From contig BFEA01000015.1 of the NCBI GenBank assembly GCA_003427395.1, positions 4,478,898-4,526,488 on the forward strand: a stretch of 47,591 nt of DNA, read 5' to 3'. The DNA is from Chara braunii. Lineage: Eukaryota > Plantae > Charophyceae. The stretch's first letter is position 1, and each line of letters begins with the position of its first letter. Position numbers and translations under genes: made by a program. The notes under the pieces are model-generated. The model was not told the DNA's origin and made no database searches. It saw only the letters and a program-made list of their open reading frames with translations. Shown here one piece after another: positions 37,290-47,591 of this stretch.

Positions 37290-40200
37290 CGATCTTGGTT
37301 CCGCTTTGCTATTTGCTCTTTGCTTGACCACTTTGACTTGAGCGTGATTTGCAATCGGGACCAATGCGCTGTCTACTCTTTGCCCGAGCACTGGGTCCCG
37401 ATGTGCCCCTGTTCTCATACATATGGTTTCTTGTTTGCCACCATCGGGTGTCACGGCGACACCCGATGGTCACCCTGTCTACAGCATCGGGCGCCGCGGC
37501 GACGGCCGATGGTCGCCCCCCTCGCACCGGCGGATGGTCGGGTGTCACCTCAGCGCGAGAGGGTTGAGCCAATGCGGATGGTTCCTTGGTTCCACAGCGC
37601 CATCTGCTCTTTGCCTGGGCACTTGGACTTCAGCGTGATTTGCAATTTGGATTTTTGCCCAGCCCACCACATGTGAATGGTTTCTTGGTCCCGCTGTGCT
37701 ATTTGCTCTTTGCATGGGCACTTGGACTTCAGCATGATACGAAATATGGATTTCTGCACTTCGTCCACACGTGAATGGTTTCTTGGTTTCGAATTTCTGT
37801 ACTTCGTTTACATGCGAATAGTTTCTTGGTTCCGCTTCGCTATCTGCTCTTTGCTTGACCACTTGGACTTCAGCGTGATTTGCAATTGGGACCAATGCGC
37901 TGTCTACTCTTTGCCCGAGCACTGGGTCCCGATGTGCTCCCGTTCTCATACATATGGTTTCTTGTTTGCCACCATCGGGTGTCGCGGCGACACCCGATGG
38001 TCACCCCGTCTACAGCATCGGGCGCCTCGGTGACAGCCGATGGTCGCCCCACTCGCACTGGCGGATGGTCGGGCGTCACCTCGGCGCGTGAGGGTCGGGC
38101 CGATGCGGACGGTTCCTTGGTTCCACAACGCCATCTTCTCTTTGCATGGGCACTTGGACTTTAGCGTGATTTGCAATTTGGATTTCTGCCCAACCCACAT
38201 GTGGATGGTTTCCTGGTTCCGCTGTGCTATCTGCTCTTTGCTTGACCACTTGGACTTCAGCGTGATTAGCAATTGGAAACAATTCGCTATCTGCTCTTTG
38301 CCCGAGCACCGGGTCCCGATGTGGCACCGTTCTCATACGGATGGTTTCTTGTTTGACACCATCGGGTGTCGCGGCGACACCCGATGGTCGCCCCGTCTGC
38401 ACCATCGGGCGCCGTGGTGACAGCCGATGGTCGCCCCACCCGCAGCGCCGACCGGACCATCGAGCGCGGATGCGACACCCGATGGTCAGGCGTCGCCTCG
38501 CCGCGCGAGGGTTGGGACTGATCCGGATGGTTCCTTGGTTCGACTGTGCCATCTTCTTTCTCCATGGGCACTTGGACTTCAGCATGATATGCAGTTCGGA
38601 TTTCTGCACTTCGTCCGCATGTGGGTGGTTTCCTGGTTCCACTGTGTTATCTGCTCTTTGCGGCTTGGCCACTTGGACTTCAGCGTGATTTGTAATTGGA
38701 ACCGATGCGCTATCTACTCTTTGCCCGTGCACGGGTTCCCGATGTGATACCGTTCACGTAGGGAGGGTTTCTCGCTTGACACCGTCGGGTGTCGCGGCGA
38801 CACCTGACCGTCGCCCCGTCGGGCGTCGCCTCGCCGCATGAGGGTCGGGCAAATGCAGATGGTTCTTTGGTTCCACTGTGCCATCTGATCTTTGCATGGG
38901 CACTTGGACTTCAGTGTGATATGCAATATGGTTTTCTGCACTTCGTCCACATGCGAATGGTTTCTTGGTTCCGCAGTGCTATCTGCTCTTTGCTTGACCA
39001 CTTGGACTTCAGCGTGATTTGCAATTGGGACCAATGCGCTATCTACTCTTTACCCGAGCACTGGGTCCGAATGTGCTGCCGTTTATGGATTTCTACACTT
39101 CGTCCACATGTTAATGGTTTCTTGGTTCCACTGTGCTATCTGCTATTTGCTTGGCCATTTGGACTTCAGCGTGATTTGCAATTGGAACCAATGTGCTCTC
39201 TGCTCTTTGCCCGTGCACGGGGTCCCAATGTGCTACCGTTTTCGTGCGGAGGGTTTCTTGCTTGACACCATCGGGTGTCGCGACACCCGATGGTCGCCCC
39301 GTCGGGCGTCGCCTCGTTGCACGAGGGTCTGGCGAATGCGGATGGTTCCTTGGTTCCACTGTGCCATCTGATCTTTGCATGGGCACTTGGACTTCAGCGT
39401 GATATACAATATGGATTTGTGGACTTCGTCCACATGTGAATGGTTTCTTGGTTCCGGTGTGCTGTCTGCTCTTTGCTTGACCACTTGGACTTCAGCGTGA
39501 TTTGCAATTGGGACCAATGCGCTATCTACTCTTTGCCCGAGCACTGGGTCCCAATGTGCTACCGTTCTCATACGGATGGTTTCTTGCTTGCCACCATCGG
39601 GTGTCACGGCCCGATGGTCGCCCCGTCTACACCATCGGGCGCCGCGGCGACACCCGATGCTCGCCCGTCGGGCGTCACCTCACCTCACGAGGGTCGGGCC
39701 AATGCGAATGGTTCCTTGATTCCACTGTGTCATCTGGTCTTTGCATGGGCACTTGGACTTCAGCGTGATATGGATTTATGCACTTCGTCCACATGTGAAT
39801 AGTTTCTTGGTTCCGCTGTGCTATCTACTCTTTGCTTGACCACTTGGACTTCAGCGTGATTTGCAATTGGGACTGATGCGGTATCTACTCTTTGCCCGAG
39901 TACTGGGTCCCAATTTGCTACGTTCTCGTACAGATGTTTTCTTGCTTGCCACCATCGGGTGTCGCGGCGACACCCGATGGTCACCCCGTCTACACCATCG
40001 GGCGCCGCGGCGACATCCGATGGTCGCCCCACGCGCACCGTTCGCCGGGCCATCAAGCGCCGCCACGACACTCGATGGTCGGGCGTCGCCTCGCCTCCCG
40101 AGGGTCGGGCCAATGCAGATGGCTCCTTAGTTCCAGTGTGCCGTCTGATCTTTGCATGGGCGCTTGGACTTCAGCGTGATATGCAGTTTGGATTTCTGCG

Positions 40201-40770
40201 CTTCGTCCACATGTGGATGGTTTCCTGGCTCCACTGTGCTATCTGCTCTTTGCTTGACCTCTTGGACTTCGGAGTGGTTTGCAATTGGAACCAATGTGCT
40301 ATCTACTCTTTGTTTGATGACTTGGACTCCAGCGTGGTTTGCAAATGGAACCAATGTGCTTTCTGGCTCGACACCGTCGGGTGTCGCGTTGGCGCTCGAT
40401 GGTAGGGGCGACCCGAACATAGGGCGTCGCCTCGCTGCGCGAAGGTCAGGCCAATGTGGATGGTATCTTGGTTTCAAAGTGATATCTGCTCTTTGCTAGA
40501 CTGCTTGGATTTCAGCGTCAACTGCAATTTGCATTTCTGCACTTCGTTCGCATATGGATGGTTCTTGGTTTCACTGTGATATCTGCTCTTTGCTTGACTA
40601 CTTGGACTTCAACGTGGTTTGCAATTGGAACCAATGTGTTGTCTGTTCATCGCTAGTTGGCTACTTGGTTCCACTGTGCCATCGCTCCCGTGTCGATGGT
40701 TTCTTGCTCGACACCATTGGGTGTCGCGTCGGCGCTCGATGACCAATGGCCTCGGGCATCGCTTGCCTTC
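37290..40770. repeat. Higher-order satellite (GGTTCC..TGTGCTATCTGCTCTTTGC..CACTTGGACTTCAGCGTGATTTGCAATT subunits alternating with a GC-rich palindromic module)
   Basis: More than 15 copies of CACTTGGACTTCAGC, with higher-order units of roughly 400-550 bp. Confidence 0.92.
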
Positions 40771-40816
40771 GCCTCGCTTGTGCTGATCACATATTTTTTT
40801 TTATGTGGGCATGTAG

Positions 40817-43800
40817 ATGGGGTTCCTTCTTCGTCGCAGACGTCCACCCCCAAGGTAATTGGCAGAGCGGCATTGTTCCGTGGGATGGAATGGGCGCTTG
40901 ACTGGTTCGGTGGGGTTAAACAACAAGGGTGTGGTCCTGTGATATTCCTGAAGGATGATGGCGGACATTTTTACGTGTGCCGCGGGATCGACAATTATGG
41001 CGTCGACAAATTTGCCGGTGAAGAGGGGTACTACGATTTTCACTTGACCACATGCTTCGACAGTGGAGGAGTCGAACTGTCGGGGAATTACAAGAAAGTG
41101 TCGCTGCATTTATCGAGATTTGCTGACTACGGCATGAACGTTGTGGCATTGCCTCCGTTTGATAGGTCGAAGAAACTGAAGGCTGTCGAGATGGTGGGAC
41201 TGATCAAGTTCCTCAGGAAAACGCCATGCTATAGAGTTGCGGGCTTTAAGGTCAAGGTGGACAGCAACATGCGTTTGTTGCCGCCATTCGTGGCTGCGCA
41301 CACTTCGAGGGAGGTGTTGGAGGACATTTTGAGGACACACAAACACGGGGAGTCTAAGCAAGGTACGTTGCGATCCGCTCTCGGCGTTGGAACTAAGGGT
41401 GGAACACTTTCGGCAAGGGCGAAGAACACCGCACCAACCGAAAAGGCACTCGTCGTGACAACCGAAACACCTTCTCAGGATGGGTTTTCCAAACCGGGGA
41501 CCACGAAGGAAAAAACGTCGAAGGCCGCCAAGGCGTCGTCAGTCTCTTCTCGTGGGACGCAGCATCGCAAAAAGGCTTCATCACGTGACAAGGACAAAGA
41601 GAATGCTGTATGTGACACCCGTGGGGTGCCGTCCTCCGGCCACTGTCCCGATGGGGATGATGGGGATGACGAACATGAGAGGAAGTCGAGTGAACAGGGC
41701 GCCGAGGGAGGAAGTACGTGGGGCGACGCCACGGAGGACGACGGTGATGAGCGGGAGAGCGGCGAGGACTATGGGGACGACAGCGCAAGAGAGGACGAGG
41801 GGAGTGAAGACGAAGGGGAGAACGGCGAGGAGGAGGAGAACGAGGGAGATGCAGAAGAAACAACTGCACACGAACGCAAGAACAAAGGAAGAGACGAGGA
41901 GAGCGAAGAGGAAGAAAGCGGTGGGGAAACAAACTGGGACGTCGAAGTCGCCGGCACACAAGCATCAGCGAACTCGCGCAAACGACAAATGAAGAGTGAG
42001 TGACGTCGGACGGAGATACTTGGTTTGGGCGCGTCTCATACCACATACGTGCAACATTTAGAAAGACAATCGAAAAAACCCGAGAAAGAGAGGCGTGAGC
42101 AGCCCGCAAAAAATGCAAAGAAGAAAGTCGGAGTTGAAGGAAGGAAAGAGGTTGCTGACTCCGGCGACGAGGGAGTTCGGGTTGACCCGAGAGACCACAC
42201 CGCGAGAGCCGGGAAGATGGAGTCGGTCGCCTTCGACACAACAACTTGTTTCTTCCTGGAGTACGACAGTGACGGGAATGCAATGCAACGACCTCAAGAG
42301 ATCTACGTGGACTGCATGAAGATTTTGCCAAACCCCGTGGGAGGCCCTGTGGAGTACAATGTCGGACCGCTGAATGACATGCTTGTCGTTTCCATCATGA
42401 GAGCAATGGAACTGCCAGAGAAGAAGGGAGAGTGGGACAGGGCCACATGGATATTGGCCCCGGTGACGGAAGTGGATGTTCATGGTCAAAAGCAATGGGT
42501 GCGTGTGAAACCTGAACATTTCGACGCGGATGACACGCACATGTACCATTGGTACGCGGTGGGTGGACAACACACAACGGAGGCTTGTCGGCGACTGGTT
42601 GCGGCCAATTCACCGGCTGCGCAGAAGTGGGGCGTGCGTTCATTGCGTGCACGTGCTGTGTATTTCGATGATAACAATCTCGACGGATATGCTCATATTT
42701 CGACTTTCGATAACACAAGGGAGACACGAGCTATCCCGGATTCCTTCCGTGTGTCGGTGAAAAATATCAGAGACTTGTGGGTTGACATGGGGATGCCTTC
42801 TGGCGATTGGCAACACGCACCACCGGAAGCGGACAAGGAGGCCTTGAAGATAACTATCAGAAATTCATCCACAGAGCTGTCCGACTGGCTGCTGACTCCG
42901 AACTGCGAGGGCAAACACTGAAGCCGGCCTACAACACGAATTGGTCGAATTTAGTGAGATAGCATCTTACGTTGGCAACAGAGTGTGGGACCTTCTAACC
43001 CAATTCTTTGACTCGTGGGAGGCGGGACTCTTTCCTGATAAGACTGGCGTGCCTCCGGTGGATCAACAAGGGAAACAAGTCGCCATAGCTGGTCCGGGTC
43101 CATTCGCGTTGTCAATGAAAGGCAAGAAGGAGTTGGTGCCCTACGTCCAGTCCAACAAATCGCCTGACGGGCACTACGTCTGCATTCGAGACCCTCCGCA
43201 AAGCGTGTGGAAGGTGTTCGGAGACTTGACTGCAAAGGAGAAGGAAATGGTGTTGGACATGATATTGGACCACCAGGTGGTTGTCACAACGGGGCGGACG
43301 TTCAACAAGAACTTGTTGAACATGGACGACATTCGGGTTGAGGTTCGACATGAGAGATACATGATACGCCTCTTCAACTATGTGGTTTTCAAAACGGAAG
43401 GTCGCAAGGAGGACGAGTGAATCGATGAGTTTTTCATTGGCTACTCGCGTGTAATGGACAGATTTGCCCCAGCGGGACTCACCAAGGAACAATGGGAGGA
43501 AAACAAGACGAAGGTGTCAGCTCACAAGGCGAAAGATGTGCCAAAACGTCTAGGCGGCATTGATGAACCAAAGGTGGGCAAGGTGGGAGGGTTCAAGTTG
43601 ACGCGAACAATATATGCGGAGTGTCCGTATTATCTGAAAGTGTTCATGCATTAAATAATTGGGGCTATCAAGCAGCTACGGGACGAGTTGCGGCCCATAA
43701 GTGCAAATGTGCGGCATGTGATGTGGGATACAAACAACGATCACACTACGTTTCTTCCGATATGCTTGGCACCGTACGAGGCGCTGCAACCATCAGAGGA

Positions 43801-46800
43801 GATCACACGAGCTGTTAAGAAGCTCAATTGCCGCCTCGCAGTCCTGGACCTGTGCCCGTGCAAGTCGACAGCCGCGCACGAGTGGTCAGATGAGAGATTC
43901 GCAGTGCTCCCAGAGATGATGAACACCTTTTGTGGCACGGATTGGGTCATTGTCATATTCTCGACGTTAAGAGTCGAGCAAACTGTATTGAAGAACGTGC
44001 TTCGTTGGGATCACGTCAAAGTGATTCTAGGTCGGTGGGAGAGACATTTTGGGAAGGACCAATATGTCGTTCCCGCTAGAAATCTTCCACTGCGACCTCG
44101 GGACTACATCACCGTTGTCATGCATGCGTCGAACAAAGACTACAGGAAGGTGACTGTGCAGCCACGGAACCATGTCATGTGGTTCGACGAGAACGTGAAG
44201 GAGGACTTATTTGTGCAATGCATGAACGAGCGTGTTGGGATATCAGACGATACAAAAGCCGTGTACGGGGACTGGGAGAGAGAGCCAAAAAAAATTAAGG
44301 AATTGTGCAAATGGTTTGCAAAGGATGGCGAAGGTGTGCTGCTGCTCGGGAATGTGCAGGCAGGGTCAGTCTGGGAAGTGTTGCGGTCAGGACACAATGT
44401 TGTTGCGTGTGACAACAATTCAACAATGCTCGATTGGACGTCCACATTCCTCGATATACAGGTCCATAGGCCAGAAAGTCGTTGCCACTTCGAACGGCCC
44501 AAAACTCCGTGGCTTCCAGGGAGAGACATGTACCTCAAGCTTCGCAAGAAGAGGGACTCTCTATGGAAATACTTGTTCGGCAACGCCCCGAAGACTCCAA
44601 AGGACATCGGTTATATGCACCGAAAAGTGATTGCCATCGAACATCTCCAAGGCTACCATGAGGCAAAAAATGGTGCGATTGAAATATTCATAGCACGGTG
44701 TGAGCGTTTGTGGTTCAACAAACAAGAAGACAGACTGCGTGCGAAGACATACGCCGATGAGCCGGATGCGGGTGAGCACTTTGATGTGCTCGATAACGAG
44801 GAGGAGACATCAGACCACAATATGGATTTGCCTATACCGGGCTATATTGCACGCCCGGTCACGGTCGGGGGCAAAAACTCGGCCGACGGCCGAATCGGTC
44901 AGGTTCGGCCACAGCCGAACGACCGAGTTTGGTGCAGGATTTTTTTTTCTTTTAACGCATGAAAAATATATATATATATGGGCGTGTAGGGCTAAAAAAA
45001 CCCTACACGCCCATTTTTTTTTTCGGGGCATTGCTGTTTTTTATTGTGTAAAAAAAAATTAAAAAAAAAAAAGAAAAGAAAAAAAAAAACTGCTTTGAAA
45101 CCCCGCGCAAGTATGTGTGTGTGTATGTGTGTGTGTATATGTGTGTGTATGTCTGTGTGTATGTGTGTGTGTATGTGTGTGTGTATGTGTGTGCGTGTGT
45201 ATGTGTGTGTGTGTGTGATCGGGGGGGGGGGGNNNNNNNNNNNNNNNNNNNNNNNNNNNNNNNNNNNNNNNNNNNNNNNNNNNNNNNNNNNNNNNNNNNN
45301 NNNNNNNNNNNNNNNNNNNNNNNNNNNNNNNNNNNNNNNNNNNNNNNNNNNNNNNNNNNNNNNNNNNNNNNNNNNNNNNNNNNNNNNNNNNNNNNNNNNN
45401 NNNNNNNNNNNNNNNNNNNNNNNNNNNNNNNNNNNNNNNNNNNNNNNNNNNNNNNNNNNNNNNNNNNNNNNNNNNNNNNNNNNNNNNNNNNNNNNNNNNN
45501 NNNNNNNNNNNNNNNNNNNNNNNNNNNNNNNNNNNNNNNNNNNNNNNNNNNNNNNNNNNNNNNNNNNNNNNNNNNNNNNNNNNNNNNNNNNNNNNNNNNN
45601 NNNNNNNNNNNNNNNNNNNNNNNNNNNNNNNNNNNNNNNNNNNNNNNNNNNNNNNNNNNNNNNNNNNNNNNNNNNNNNNNNNNNNNNTTTTTTTTTTTTG
45701 GCCCCAAAATTATCCGCCCCCCTAAAAAAATCCCAGATCCCGGCCCCCCGTTTTTGTAGTTTTTATGTTTATTTTTTTGCGAGGGGGTAGGGGAGCCCCC
45801 CCCCGACTCGAAACCCCTTCCCCGCCCCCCAAACCCCCTTCCATTTCGGTCGCGGCCGCTGCCGAAAGTTCTCGACCGGAGCGGCCGCGGCCGGGGGGGT
45901 CCCGACCACGGCCGGCGGCCGCGGCCGTGGCCGAATTCAGCCGCGGCCAAAGGGAAACATAGGTACCTGGTGCTCAAGAAGATGTTCAACAGGCGTTGGA
46001 TGGTGGCGAGGGTCGTCAGGCAATGGAGGGGATACAAACAGATGTTGTGGCAAGCCGGGAGAGCATTCGTGGTGGGGAGCAGAGGTCGTATGAACAAGGA
46101 ATGCAAGAGAGTGCAGGGAATGAGATCCGAGGGCCAGTTGGTGCAGACAATGCAAGCAAGAACAACAGCAATGAAGGGTTGCAGCCAGGACCAGCCTCGT
46201 TAATTGGAAAAGAGCCACATCTCCAATCCAAAAGCAAGGAAAACAGTGTCAGATACCCCGGGATATTGACTCAGCTGGACAACGTGTATGCGAGCATGGG
46301 CCTGTCAAAGATCCCAAGAGAGAACCAATATAATGTGCCCCAGGAGGAAAATGCACAGGTTCGCGGAATGGACGTCAACGCCATCAAATTCGCGCTCCCG
46401 CCCGACGAGGATGACAAACTGATGTCAGGAGACACAATTCGAGAGGACATGAAGGAGTTCACCGGAGGTCCGCACTTCTTGCAGCACATTGGGATAGTGG
46501 TTGAGACAAAAGACCACCAATGGGGGCATCATATATTGTGGCACCCGAAGGTCTTCGAGCCCTGCGTATGGAACGGGAAATGGCACATGGCTGTGTGCAT
46601 CGATGGCCAGTGGCAATTGCGAAAGCGAGTATTGAAGAGCAAGTTTTTCGAAATCGCAAAGGAACAGGTTCATATCAAAGTGCGGCAGGCGAACGGTGGA
46701 TCAGACAGCCTTGCACAAGGAGCATATGCCGACACACTTTATGACAAGTTGCGAGATTAGAACATGCTGGAGTACAACGCAAACTTTTATGACATTGACT

Positions 46801-47591
46801 CCAGTGTGTCGCACGGTCAGATCCCTTGGAAATTGCCAAGTCGAGAAGTGGTGCAAGAGTTTGAGATGAGATACGTCTTGGCAACAGTCAACAATTGGAA
46901 CATGACGGTGGCCACGCTTCGACGAGTACAGCGTGACGTCCATTCACGACCTCCGTTCATATTGACGAGCAAGTTGATGAGAGGAATGGTATGGAAAAAT
47001 TTGTGGGCGACAACGACGAGTCAAGAAGAGATAAAGTGCAGGCCGAACATCAATCGTTCCATCCCCCGTCGCAACGGGAGGATTCCGCGGAGGACAAAGA
47101 GTCAGCGGATCGCTTTGCGACAATGGAATCTCCCAAGGTTTGCACGGGTTCGGAACCGCAAATGGCCACGGAACCAATGCCCATGCAAGGAACTGAGTTG
47201 ACAAGAGAAGAGTCGGGGCCACAGTTGAAGGGGATAGAAGATTTGTCAGAGAACACACCTGATTTGATGCTTCGACTGCTTTCTGAAGGCGACGTACTCA
47301 AGGGTGGGTCAGGTGGTGTACAGAGGAAAGAGAACGTTGTGGCCTCAATGGGAAGAGACGATGACGAACTTCAACGAACCACGACGATTGGCGACAAGCA
47401 TCAACAGCCTAAGCTCAAGAGAGAGGATGACGATGATGTCATTGACATCGGGACACAATCAGGTGAGCAATCAGGACGTGGTAGGGACGAGGAGGGCCGA
47501 CAAAATGAGAAAGAACAAGAGGAACACCACCATGTGACATTGCAAAAGGAGGATGTAATCTGCAATGAGAAGTCAAAGAAAGTGAACACAA
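40817..47591 (+). pseudogene. Large (~1,900-codon, runs off window) decayed gene: acidic low-complexity region, ParB/Srx-like domain, degenerate N6/N4-MTase-like domain
   Basis: Collinear ORFs 40657-42003, 42025-42921, 42941-43420, 43454-43654, 43688-44962, 45996-46760 and 46764+ are joined by in-frame stops, frameshifts and one insertion. Motifs: 'YNVGPL...WYAVGGQHTTEACRRL...ISTFDN' and 'EREPKKIKELCKWFAKDGEGVLLLG...SGHNVVACD'. The start is set at a putative splice acceptor (..TGTAG 40816). Confidence 0.7.
44842..45962. mobile_element. Non-autonomous hAT-like insertion with degenerate 8-bp TSD
   Basis: Ends CTATATT.. and ..AACATAG. Flanks ATACCGGG and GTACCTGG match at 6/8. Subtermini are rich in GGCCG. 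Removal fuses ...DLPIPG to AQEDVQQALDGGEG in frame. Confidence 0.65.

Larger units (their letters stand above)
29074..37290. repeat. GAGGCGACACCCGACCATTGGGCGTC minisatellite, split by the 6.76-kb insertion
   Basis: The same units occur at 29074-29476 and 36241-37290. The homologous uninterrupted junction is visible at ~36950-37040. Confidence 0.9.

Noticed and set aside
36074-40500. Numerous 100-300-aa ORFs
   Set aside because: Translations of tandem repeats, overlapping in all frames.
43688-44962. Active DNA methyltransferase gene
   Set aside because: No intact DPPY/NPPY or FxGxG motif, and the gene carries stops and an insertion.

Overview
Eukaryotic, transposon-saturated draft-assembly DNA with N gaps, microsatellites and Nextera mate-pair adapter carry-over. 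The style resembles a large-genome streptophyte alga such as Chara, but that is inference only. No intact host gene, rRNA, tRNA or true CRISPR array is visible. 0-15.7 kb is a stack of nested elements: a Tourist-like MITE, a complete but decayed PIF/Harbinger transposon (4005-13624, 20-bp TIRs, ATA TSD, DDE transposase plus convergent Myb/SANT gene) carrying a 4-bp-TSD MITE and an L1/Tx1-like LINE, and a second LINE. 15.8-17.9 kb holds a Sola-like (DUF7869-type) DDD transposase pseudogene. 18-40.7 kb is mostly several satellite families, interrupted by a 6,764-bp non-coding TG...CA element (29477-36240). From 40.8 kb to the window end lies a ~1,900-codon decayed gene with a ParB/Srx-like domain followed by a degenerate N6/N4-methyltransferase-like region. 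The most striking signal is inside the 6.76-kb element: ten stem-loops (31560-32395) share a near-invariant 20-nt core (CATTCATCTTAGAAACAATG), while each has a different, self-complementary stem. That pattern suggests structure conserved by covariation rather than a simple tandem repeat.
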